Below are positions 1 to 11,898 of a stretch of 64,000 nucleotides of DNA, piece after piece. How positions within the stretch are numbered: position 1 is the stretch's first letter; the number at the start of each line of letters is the position of its first letter. The translations under genes and the position numbers were made by a program. The notes beneath the pieces were generated by a model. That model did not search any database and was not told where the DNA came from. It saw only the letters and a program-made list of their open reading frames with translations. Source of the stretch: Microbotryum violaceum (lineage: Eukaryota); NCBI GenBank assembly GCA_001244265.2, contig CDLV01000004.1, positions 3,224,001 through 3,288,000 on the forward strand. The letters are read 5' to 3'.

Positions 1-3000
1 TTGTACAACTCGGGTACAACAACGCGACGTCCTCATTCACATCCCGATCCAATACGAGGGAAAACACTGGCAACATCGTATACGCCGTCGCATACCCAAC
101 CATCAACCAACCTTGATAAATCGCGATAGGCGAAAAGTAAAACACCGACGAGAACACGGCCTGAACGACAGAAATGATTAAACCACGGTGAATGACGAAT
201 TGGGCCAATTTGGCCGAGCGTTTGTACGAGTTTCGACCGTGCCATACGAGGAGTTTGGTGAGGTAAGAGAATTGGTTGATGGAGAAATCGGCGGCGAGGG
301 AAGCTTGACGACCTTCTTTGCCTACGATGCCGACGCCGACGTCGGCGGCTTGGATCATCGAGACGTCGTTACCACCGTCACCGATACAGCAGACGCGTTT
401 CTTGGTGTAGGCTCGAATGAGACGGGCGACATCGGCTTTTTGCGTAGGTGAACAACGACACGCAACGACGGTCGACAGTTTCGTCGAGAGGGCGATGAAG
501 TCTTCCCTGAAGTGTTCGATGCACAACTGCAAGGATTCGCCATCGATGACGAGGCAACAATCCAACTTGGTCCGAAGGAAGTCCAATTCGTCCCTCGCGT
601 CCGCAGGTGACTTCAATTTGGCGACTTGATGAATGAACTGATTCCTCGAGACAAGCTTGGTCGAGATGGCAATACAAGTCGCGGTCTCGATCTTGTCCCC
701 TGTCAGCATCCAAATCTTGATCCCGGCGTTGCGCAATAGCTCGATCGTCATCTTGACGTCGTCCTGCAACTTGTCCTCGACACCGGTCACCCCGAGCAAT
801 TCCAAATCGCGTTCGAGGTGTTCGCCAATGACACGCTGAATCGAAGCCGCTCGATCGCCCAAAGCGACCTTGGCTTCCCGATGCGCCTCATCGAACCTCG
901 CCCATGCCTCTTCAGACAACCTCTTGCGAGCCATCACGAGTGTCCTCAACCCCTCCCTCGCCATATTCCCACATTCCTCCTCGAGCCAATCGTTGTATAC
1001 GACGATTTTGGCCATCACTGCATCAGCACCCTTTTGGTAGAAAAAGATCTCGCCCGTCTTTCGATCACGAATGACGATGCCCATGCGTTTGGATTCTGAA
1101 GTGAAGGGGAACACTTCGAGGATATCAAAGGAGAAGGCTTGGCCTGTCGAGGTGCGGAGGGACATGGAGGTTCGGTCGCGGTTGGAGAGCGTCAGGCCGA
1201 CGGATTCGGTCCAGCGCACGATCGCGACTTCGTCAGGTGAGGAAGCTTGATAGGTGATAGAGCCGTCGTCGTCGACCGCGGGGGTGACCTGCAGAGAAGA
1301 AGGGCCGCATTAATGACGCCCGTTGACAGTAGCATGACGTCGAGGGACTGACGTTATGACACAAAGCCAGCGCCAGCACGACGTCCTTGACTCGCGAAGA
1401 CATATCTCGCCGTCCCCTCGTCGCCAACGCCACACCAGTCGTCAACGTGGTTCCCGCACGTCGTTCTGTAAGGCAAAACCAAGAAGGTTCAGACTTCATG
1501 CACAGCAAATTCAGACCCGATGTCCCTTACCTTCATCAGTCAGACCCAAGGCCATCGACAGTTGATGCGCGACTTCATCCATCGAGTCAACAGCATACGA
1601 CATGGTACCCAAGTGCAGCTTCTTCAACTCCATCTCTGCATTTCCCACCCCACCAAAAAGAGCCAATCAGCACTCACTCTAGCTCGAGCTCGAGCACCGA
1701 ACCACTTCCCCAACTGACCGTTCTGCGTCAACGTTCCTGTTTTATCACTGAGCAAATACTCGATCCGGCCCAACTCCTCCGGCAGCGTCGACGTGCGTAC
1801 GATCGTTTCAGGTATTTCAGAGTCGTTCATGATTTGGTGCGCGTAGACGGTCTTGCCCATGTCGAGGTTGACGCGGAGACTGTTGGAATCGGGCCTCCTA
1901 AAAGTCAGCTTGTGATGATCGTGAAGTTGTTTCGAGGCAGGTTCACTTACGAGATGGGAATGATGGAGGAGAAAAGAATGAGGAAGCGAAAGACATAGAT
2001 GGCCCAATTGCCTCTGAACCCATTCAAAGCAACTAGGATGACCGAGAGCGTGAAGGTGCAACCGCACAAGATCTGCACAACAAGCAGTCCAAAACATCCT
2101 TTAGCAAAGCCAAGCCCAAGACATTCTACTCCCTCCTAAGAGCTCACCTTGGCCAACCTATTGATCTCATCATCCAAAAGCCCCGTCTTGGTCCCCGGCT
2201 GACTGGTATTCATCACCGCCCTCGTCTCCTTGCCCGTATAGACCACCATCCCTACCGCGCTTCCCGCTGCCAAGACCGTATTGGCCCACAACATATTCTC
2301 CGCGGTCAAGGGTTCGGTCCTGATCGATTCTTCCGCCTGAGCACCTTCCCCCTGCTCCAAAGCATCGATCTCATCCTCGTTCATGGACGACTCCGTTCCC
2401 GACGAGGGTATGCGAGCGGTCATCGTTCCTACGAAGTTATGAATATCCTTACTCGGCGAATCGGCGTAAACCTCTGCTTCGATCTTGAGCAAAGCCGCAT
2501 CGTTCGATAATCGCTGCGTTCGTTCAACGGCAAGTCGTAATTTCCAATCCGTTTCACCGTCGAGTTGATCCGTTCGAACGAAACATGAACCCGAAGGGTC
2601 CGAGGTCCGCAGCAGGAGGATATCGGCGGGTACGCGTTCGTTCTTTTCGAGGTGAACGAGGTCGCCTACTTTGAGTTTGGCGGAGGGCGTCGGTTTGAGA
2701 GGCGCGGACGAAGAGGAACGAGCTTCATTCGCGGCTTCAGAGGCGTGGTGCGAGTTGGGGTACGCTCGACCTGAGGTCGCGGCGTCGACGAGGACGTTGT
2801 ACTTGGTCGCGTTGGCCGAGGCGTCCCGAAGGTAGCGCTTGTAGTCGTCGAACGCTTCCTTGGAGATGGTGACTGCCAGTACAAAGGAAAGAGGGACGAT
2901 GTACGTCGCCAGGAAGCCTGTGCAAAACAAAACAAATGCAACAAAAAGTACGAGGCTTTAGCCGCGGTGGCGCGAACGAGCCAAAGCTCTCGTTACACAT

Positions 3001-4115
3001 GCATCAACGCACCTATACGCAACGCCGGCACAAATTGACTGAGCGCGACCAGTAGAAAGTAGAGGTTGTAAAAGAACTTGAACTGCTCGTACAAGACCAT
3101 CGGCACAAAAGTGAGGACGTTGTATTTCTGGTTCTTGACCAAGTTTGGAGGGTACTTGGGTGCGCCAGAAACGCCGCGCGAGTTGAAGAGGATCGTGCGT
3201 GATTTCTTGGATGGCTTTGTGTTTTCCTGAGCGGTTTTTATCAGGAAGGAAGGTGCTCGTTGGGCAGAGGCGGCGGAGCCTTGTCGTGACCAAACGGCGT
3301 TCTGCAGGATGAGGGGGGTCCGTGATCAAATAATCTTCCTCTCTTGAAACCCAAACGAGAGGCATCCGAAAGCGCACCTTTTTTCCGACCAACAAGCCCA
3401 TCTCCTCCTCTTCCTGTTGCTGCAGACGATCATTGGTCCATCCTTCATCAAAGCCACCTTCACTCTCCCCCCTACCCCTCATGCCCGGTCTGCCCTTGGC
3501 CATCAAGTCCCTCTCTTCCTCCTCCTCTTCATCTCCCCCTCCCGCTCCCTCCCCATGGCCGTGCGCATTCTCCGTCGCTGCTCCTCCCTCCGGTGCATCC
3601 GCATACCGATCTTTTCCCTTTGGATTCGGGCCCGTTCCAAGATAAGCTGACCCGAATCGGGAGGAAGTGACCAAAGTCGTATTCTGTTTGAAGGGTGTGG
3701 TCGGGCTAGGGCTCGTGCCCAAGGAAGCGTTGGACCTGAATTGACGTAGCGGATTGGATTGTTTCCTTTCCCTGGGATTATTCTGAAGGAGCGTCGTTGA
3801 CTTTGATGTGGTCGGATGAGTCGAGGAAGAGGACGAGGAGACCGAAGAGGCTGAGGGGGAGGGGGCGGCGTGCATGGTAGCCTGCCGACGAACGGGGGAG
3901 GAAGTTGACGTCGCTTGCGGAGGCGGGTTTTGAGCAGCAGCAGCAGCAGACGAGCGATGTTGATCCAATCGAAGCAGAGGCACGTCCCTGGCTGAATTCG
4001 GAGAGGGCGGATTCGAAGGGGAAGGTGGGGACGACGAGCTGATGGACCGAGCGGCCGAAGAGGTCGACGATGGCACGAGCACGGGCACGAGCACGGGAGC
4101 GTGCGATGGCTTCAT
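1..4115 (-). CDS. NEO1: P4-type ATPase (phospholipid flippase), Neo1/ATP9 class; multi-exon, 3' end runs off the window
   Basis: Motifs read across exons: [24 protein letters not shown] (phosphorylation site), [48 protein letters not shown] introns. Start codon uncertain because the N-terminus is low-complexity. Confidence 0.93.
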
Positions 4116-4888
4116 CAAGGCTTGGGACCAGCGTCGACCCAGCACCGCTTAGTTGGGTCGAGAATCAGAGCCGAGGTGGCCTTGGTGGTGCGGTGCGAGT
4201 CGTGCAGCTGTTGAGTTTCGGACGATTTGGACCGAGGATGACGACGATGATGACGACCGCCGCCTGGAGCTGGCACGGTGGCACGGCGGCACGGTGGCAC
4301 GGCGGCACCTTGGCGAGCCAAACACACTTGCACTGAACTGTAATTCGAGCCCTGGCTCTAGTTTGTGACGAATCGGTCCTCGAACAACGAACAACGAGAA
4401 TGGCGGCTAGGGAGTTGTAGCGCCCACCAGATGGAGGCACCGAGCAAAGGCGATGATCGTTCCCGAGGCCGACTCGTCGCGACCGACACGTGAACGCGCC
4501 AGAGCGCGCCAGACAGCTCAACTCTCAACTCGCCCGAACCCTCACGAGGACTTGGATCGAGTCAGAGTGGCTTTTTGCTTTTCGACCGTCTCGGGGTCTG
4601 GAACCGCTTCCTTCATTGCCAACACAGACAAACACGCAAAACAAATTCAACTTGGCAAACTCGGCACATTCGCCGTCGCCGAAAACCACCGCAGAGACCC
4701 CGGCCAAGATTTGATCCTCCTTCGAATCTTCATTCCCCCAAGGCCGTCTCAATGTCGTAGCCACCTCCTCCACTTGGCATCCCTCCATCCCATCTCTCCC
4801 AAATCCATCAACCTCCATCCCTGACTCCTCTCCATGCGTTCCGCCCAACCCCAACTCCAACTCTCTCTCTCCCGCGCCTCCACCCTTC

Positions 4889-6188
4889 TCAACCCTTCAA
4901 ATTCTGCCTACTCCGACTCCTCGTGACCGTCTTCGCAGCTTCGTCCCTCGCAGTCGAAGTCACCTGCTCAACTTTCTGCACCCCTTCCCCCACTACCTTG
5001 TTCAGATCCGTCGACTTGTGGGACGCATGCGACGCCTTCGCTCCTACGCGGACAAGAGGGTGGGAGAACACGTGCTTGTACCTCTGTCGACGCATGTGTT
5101 GCATCATCATCAACAACGAAGGGGGCCAAACGGAGAGGATCGTTACCGTCGTGAAGAAGCCGACGTAGCCAAAGTGGTGACGGACGGGACTGGTGCCACC
5201 ACAGGGGAACAGATTGGTTCAGCGAGGGTTGGGTCGAAGAGAAAAAGTCGGCTCTACTCTTACCCGGCCGATTTGAGGATCAAGATAGCTTCGGATCCGG
5301 CTCCGAGGGGGTAGAGCACGTAAAAGAGCGAGTAGCTGTGCAAGCACACGTACTCTGGAATTAGTTCCTTCATAACTGTCGGCCAACCTCTTTCGAAAAA
5401 TTAAGACTACTGACCGAAGCCATTCGAGAACGTAAACCTTGACGCCGAGCAAGCCGGCGGCGTAGTGGGCGTAACGGATCACCTCCGTCACCGACCAAGC
5501 GAAAACCATCGAGCAGTAGAAGGGCGAGGCGGCGACCTGTTGTTCAGTTCAGGAGGGGATCACGAGGATGGATCAGCTGTTGGGAGCGTTCGGGGCAACG
5601 AGTCGGCTCCATCTCCACTCCACGAGCGATTCGGAACACTTACCTGAGGCCAAGTGTTGCACACGTACCAGACCATGAAAACCCTCGAAGAGACCTGCAT
5701 GACCGTGGTCGCCAAACCGGAGCGACTGGAACGATAGCCAAGCCAATCCAGAGCATGAGCGTGAGGTGACCGCCTTCCTGCTCGAACGCGTTTCCACTGT
5801 GTAACCTTACACGAGTCCCAAGGCGGCATGAGCGACTTCCAATAAAGCGAACGTCTGGATCCACTTGACCGCTTCTCCGAAACTGCAAGTGAAGAACAAG
5901 GCATCAGCCAGCATCATATCATCGCCCGACTACCCCACCAGCCATCCCCACTCACTCTGCAAAGCCAGTCCTACTCCTCTTCTCCACCTTCTCCCACCGA
6001 CTCTGCAACCCGAACCAAGCCTTGAGCCCATACTCTGCACCATCGACCTTCCCATCCCCGCGAAGGTGCTGGACGAGACGAAGGAGGGCGTAGGCCCAAA
6101 GGGACATGGCCGCTAGGTTGTAGGCGATCAGATAGGCTTGGATCGCTGGGGAGGGGCGATGGGTCTTGGTGGGTTTGGTCGTCGCCAT
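4889..6188 (-). CDS. PHS1: Very-long-chain 3-hydroxyacyl-CoA dehydratase (PTPLA/HACD family), multi-exon
   Basis: YLIAYN, QVSSRVFMVW, MVFAWSVTEVIRYAHYA, WLRYSLFYVLYPLGAGSE (catalytic Tyr/Glu), HMRRQR. Confidence 0.9.
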
Positions 6189-6701
6189 TGTGGAGGAGCG
6201 GCCGAGAGCGTCTCGAGTGTGTGTGGCGGGAGCAACTGGTTGGGCTTTTCGGATAGCGTTAACGAGGATCGATCATTGAACTTTTTCGAGCGGAATTTCC
6301 GCGCCGCTAATTTATTAGTTCCATCTCGGAGAAAGGTTCTTGGAGGACGGTGTTTCTAGCAAGACCCAGGTCACCTGATGTTTTCAGACTACAAGATCAT
6401 GTCCCTCGTGTAGCCACAAGTGGTGTAGACTTTCGGGTGGTGTTGGCTACTAGATTTATGGGTCAGTCCAGTGACTCGCTGCATGGACGCTTCCACACCC
6501 AGCATGGCCTGGTGTGTACTCGGGAAGAGACATATCAAGATACACAAACAGGCTCCCGGGTCTCGAGTCCTGGCCCTACACTGTCGTCCCACAGCCACCG
6601 CATAACGGAGCAACGCCTTATCGCAGCTCAAGACAAACCTCGGCCGCCTCCCAATATGAGATTGCTTGCGTTGTGTGTCATTTCAGTGCATCGCAAAGGG
6701 T

Positions 6702-7438
6702 TTACTTCTTCTGCGACGACTCGAGCTCGGCGTGGTCCTTCTCCAACTGTTCGAGGTGCTTCTTGCTCGCCTCGATCGACTTTTTCAACGCCTTGAGCTT
6801 CTCGTTCTCCTGTAGAAAAACATAGTATGGCTTGCTTGCCTATAAGTGCCCGCCCGTATACGGTTGTATGGAATAGGCAAATTTGCTGCCTGACCCTGTC
6901 GCGCGAGTAGGCCTCCTCGGCGGCCCTTTCACGATTGTCCAAGGGCTTGGTTGCAGAGCCTTGGCTGATTGAGGTGATGAGCGGCAAGGATATGGATCAG
7001 TACTGGGTGAGGATGGAGGAGCGCGTTGCAAGGGCGGGATTGGACTCGGTGGCGAACAGATCGGCTCGGTTGGCCGCGGCGGTGTGGGGCGGGGGGCGAG
7101 GGGGGCGAGGGGAGAGAAGCGAGTGGAAAGTCACTCTCCACTGCGGTGCTTGGCGAACAGATCGTCACGGGTCGTCAAGTGCGTATTGCAATACACGATG
7201 ATTGACCTCGGTGCACGAACCGGTGGGATTGATCGGATGAGCGATGTCTCTGCACGGCGGCGATGCCGGTTCCGCGGGGTGATGACGTTGCTCGATCCGG
7301 CGCCCTGCACCTAAATCACCCCACCACCACTGTACGCAGTTCATGCAGCACTCACCGAATCAAGGTCGAGCTCGAAAAGAGCGCACGTTGAGCGACGAAC
7401 GAGGAGGGGGGCAACGCGGTGCGGACGACAGAGTACAT
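6702..7438 (-). CDS. INH1: Mitochondrial F1Fo-ATPase inhibitor (IF1/IATP family), multi-exon
   Basis: Presequence-like MYSVVRTALPP..RALFSSSTLIR; RERAAEEAYSRDR, then KLKALKKSIEASKKHLEQLEK coiled coil. Confidence 0.8.
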
Positions 7439-7719
7439 GCTGGTCTGAGTGGGTGAGTGGGTGGTGGTGGAGGAGGGCAGTAGTAACAGCAGCACACAAA
7501 CAGCAAGCAGCACATTCGAAGCGGAAGCCTTCCGAACCACTCGGCGCGCGGGTCGGCGCGAGTCGAATATTGGCCAGGTTTTGGAAGGGTTTTGGAAGGG
7601 TTTTGGCCACGAGGAGTCATTTTGGGCAGTTTGGCCACCCTCCGTGCAGCCAGCCAGTCCAAGCCCCGACCGGTCCGTCTTCATCACGTCCCGATCATCC
7701 CCTCATCGCATCCCCTAGC

Positions 7720-8826
7720 ATGTTCGCCGCTCGCACTTTGATCAAACAGTCGGTGCGTTCATTTTCTCATTTCCACCCCCGTCTTTATTGGGGGACTAGA
7801 GCTGATTGCCCTCGTCTGCCCCTCCGCACTCGGCCACTCGGCTCATCTCGTCCTCGCAGGCCCGACCTTTGGCTCGATCCTTCTCGGTCAACGCGCCCGT
7901 TCGCAAGGGTTAGTGTCTCTCTCTCTGATGATCGATCGACTTGAGCTCAATCCACACCCGTGGACACCGTCAACGGACCGAATCGATCGACTGGACGGGC
8001 TTCGAATTGTCGCGCAACGCTGCTCCTCCGCGTCCTCCCGCTTCCGCCGAAACACGATCGACTCGCCCCATCTCCTACCTCAACGAGACGAGTCTACCGA
8101 GCTGACTTTATCTCTCGTTGAATCGTGTATGGTGGTGCATCCCACAGACTTTGTGCAAGAGTTGTACCTCAGAGAGTTGAAGGCGTACAAGCCCAACCCC
8201 GCCGTGCGTCTTGAACCCAATATTCACTCCTGCTCGATCTCATCCCTCCTCCCCAAACCCATCAACTGACTCTACGCAATACTCCCTCACACGTATCCAA
8301 CAGCCCTCCGCCGCCGGCTCGGTCAAGTCGTACTCGACCCCGACCGCACCCAAGGCCCCGGCAGTCCCTGACGCCGCCGCTTTGGCCAAGGAGTTGGACG
8401 AGTACGATTCGTGAGTTTCCTGATACACCTCTTTGAAGGAAACCATTCCCAATCGGAGCTTGGAAATGAGGAGTTCAGAGCGGCCAACTTGGGCTTGGCT
8501 TGGCGACCGAAGCTTGTCTTGAGCGTTCGGAATGGGTCGCTGACATTCCTACCTTCTGTTACACATCTCCATCCTCGCATGCTCTATTCATGCCAATCAT
8601 CATTTTTGGCTATCCTCACCGCCCTTGATCTACGACCTGACTTAACGGCCCCTTCACCACCGCAATTTGTTCCCCGCCCTGCTCTGATTTTTCCAACAGC
8701 CACGCCCCCGCCGTCGACGCTCCCCAGGCTTCGTCCTCGAGCGTGACCGAGTCGGACGAGACCCTCGGTGCGGACGACTACTTGCGCCAGGTCGAGGCTG
8801 ACGTGCACGTTGAAGGCAAGCATTAG
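7720..8826 (+). CDS. ATP14: Mitochondrial ATP synthase subunit h, multi-exon
   Basis: Presequence MFAARTLIKQS..RSFSVNAPVRK followed by DFVQELYLRELKAYKP, VKSYSTPTAPKAP, ELDEYD. Confidence 0.85.
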
Positions 8827-10385
8827 AGAGATGCCCTAGAACGCCGGAGATGAGCGGAGGGGAGAAGTCGAGTGGAACGAAGGAATAATTTTCTAGGAGA
8901 GGATCGGGGGGTTCGGTCTTGGGGTGGTTTTTGGTTCGGTTTGGTCTATGCTCTCTCTCTCTCTCTCCTTTCCTTTCTTTTCCTGATGAAAAGAAGAACA
9001 ATATCGAAAGGCAAAAAAGTTGGGCAATAGCTTCCAAGCCGCGATCCGTGTCGAGGGGAATTGAGAGAGCTTTTCGCCACCGAAGCGGGGCGGGCAACGA
9101 AGAAGATTCAAAATATCCTGCCATGGGCATTGAACCAAGCACTCTCGGCTTTGTTACATCTTGGTCGGACTTGGGGGAAATTGGGTTCCCTACCCCTGCA
9201 TTGCCACGAGTTCGACTGAGCGCTCTTACTAATTCGTCGAAAGGTCTAATGGAGCATTAGGCCGCTTGGGAAAAGGGCGCAGACGGCGGGCAAAGGTGCG
9301 GTGCCGGTGGCGCGCGTGCGAGCGTCAGCTGCTTTGTGTTTCTCGTGTCTCGCCAAGGTCCCGTCGCACACCCCTTGTAAGCACGTACCTCGCTCGTCCT
9401 ATCGATCCAAACAGGAACTGATCATTCGCTCGTGTCGACACCATAGTCGTAAGTCTCTTTGTCCGTCGTGGAAGCGATGGAGCGTGGGTCGTCGTTGGTT
9501 GGTCGTCGCAGCTGGCGGGGGAGGGAGGGACGCCCTTTCGTCGCGGCCAATTTTCGTTTGCGCTCGGCCGCGCTGGGCGGGTCGCTGCGCCTACCGCGGG
9601 CCAGTCGACGGGGCGCTCACTGCGCCGTGGTCGTCAAAATCGTCTGATCGACTTGTACGACCATCGATGCAACGCCTATGACGACCTCGACTACATCATC
9701 CACCGTATCGACTTGCGATCGTTTGCCTCAACTGGAATGAAGGGCTACAATGGGAGGTGTAGGGGGGTAGTGGGTGGCATGGCGCACTGGGGCGTTGAGA
9801 ACGCACTCTTGCGGTTCGGCTCGCAAGCGGACAACAGCTTCGACACTACGACGACGGCCGATCAGCGAGTTGTATATTAGCAGCATCCACTCTAGGGATC
9901 ACATCGCTGGAATAGGTTTGGGAGTTGGGGAGGCGGAACGGCCTTGGTGGGCAGGTCGGGCCCATGCCTTGGCTGGTTCGAGCCTGGGCCTGGCACGGTG
10001 CGAATCCGACTTGGCCCAGCGTCGAACGAGGTGGCGGATGGCAGCGCCGAGCTGGGCTCGTAGCGTCACTGTACGGACCTCTGGGGGAGATAAATGGATC
10101 GGATGCACTAGAATGGGATTGATCGATGGGGTCGTCATGATCGGTCGGCGGGACGGGGTCGTACCGCTACTTGCACACACGCCCCGAGCCGTCGTCGATC
10201 GTCCTCCGTTATCCTTCTTCTCTCGCTGCATCGACCGACGACACCTGCTCTTCGTTCTGCCTCACATGCCACACGAACTCCGTCCCCGATCGTGGGGCAG
10301 CTTGAAACAGATTGCTGACCATCCCTCTTTCCGTTCCGTTCCCGGTCTCACAGTCCGTTCACCCCACCTCTCCTAATCCTCCACA

Positions 10386-11017
10386 ATGCCTCACTCCTTC
10401 GGTATGCGCGCGCGAACGCGCGACATGTTCAAGCGGGGGTTCAAGACCAAGGGAATGATCCCCTTGTCGACCTTCCTCCGAACGTACCGCGTCGGTGACA
10501 TCGTCGACATCAAGGCCAACGCCGCCCAACAAAAGGGTATGCCCCACAAGTACTACCACGGACGCACCGGCATCGTCTACAACGTCACCCCCAGTTCGGT
10601 CGGTGTCATCGTTTACAAGGTCGTCGGTAACCGTTACATGGAGAAGCGAGTCAACTTGCGCGTCGAGCACGTCAAGCACTCCAAGTGCCGTGATGACTTC
10701 TTGAACCGAGTCAAGTCCAACGCCGCGGCCAAGAAGGACGCCAAGGCCAAGGGAGGTCAGTAATCGAATCGCCGCGATTTTTCTTTGCGATGCATTGGCG
10801 CTGATTGGACTGGTTTCGCGATGTCTTGCAGAAACCGTCCTTCTCAAGCGCTTGCCGCTCGCCCCCCGAGAGGCCCGCACCGTCTCGACCGCCGACAACA
10901 ACCCCCAGACCCTCGCACCTCAACCTTACGGTCAGTCCTATAACGCCACCACCTCTCAGTCGCAAACAAATCCTGACTTTGCTCTGTCCCTTCTACTCTA
11001 CAGACACCACCATCTAA
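10386..11017 (+). CDS. RPL21: 60S ribosomal protein L21 (eL21), 3 coding exons
   Basis: [56 protein letters not shown]; ends PQPYDTTI*. Confidence 0.97.
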
Positions 11018-11898
11018 ACGATCCCAAAACCCCAACCCCTTTTGCTTACACCCCCAAAAAGGATCGTTCTATTTGGTTTCATCTCTCCCCTTTGGTGTCC
11101 TATGTGTTCTCCCCCCATGCGTTTTGTCTTTTCTCACCACCGCCAACCCAACCACGCATGATTTTTTTTGAGCGGATGAAAGAAGGAGAGTAGATCGGAC
11201 AGCGGCAATCGCTTGTGCAATCCATTCGTCCTCCTTTTGCTCTCTCTACTTCTTGGAAGCCATTGGTGATTCAAGTTTCTCATCTGCGGTGTTGTTCAAT
11301 GAAGTTGGACCCTTTGAGGAATGTGCCACTTTGTTCCATGCTAAGAGGAACGGTGCAGATCATCCTTTGTCTCTTCAGGAAGGCACGCACGGAGTCAATT
11401 TGCTTACGAGCAAAAGAGGGGTTCGAATTCCAAGCTTACAAGGTGTAGCGGACGGTTTGTTCTCACTTCAACCCCTGAACTTCATCAAAGACGATAGTCG
11501 GCATTCGCTCATATGAATTATGAATGATGAATCCCGATCCAGCAAGGAGGGTTCGAGCGTTCGCAGTCACGATCGCTCGTTGGCGCACGCGCGCGTTCGT
11601 CATTCGCCCCACCGAGTCGGCGTTCTTCGAGTCTCTCAGTGCCGACTGCCGAGCTGCCGAGCTCTCGATTTCGAGTCGTCCGAGTTGTGACGGCCCTTGG
11701 GTGTTTCTTACTCTCAAACTATTCCGACCCTCCGATCCGATTCAATTGTTGGGATCGAGCTTGCATTGACCTGACTCACGACCAGCAGGTTTCACCGCGA
11801 CCGATTCGTCGCCGCTTCGCTTCCTTTCCAAGCTTCAATTCGAACGTCGTTCGGATTCGACGGTCACCGAATCGCATTCGGAGATAGCTGTTCGAGAG

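Noticed and set aside
8411-8700. Long ATP14 intron as a possible snoRNA host
   Set aside because: No convincing C/D or H/ACA boxes with guide complementarity could be found by eye.
9000-10100. Intergenic region with splice-like signals and short ORFs
   Set aside because: Could not assemble a coherent gene model or recognise any domain.
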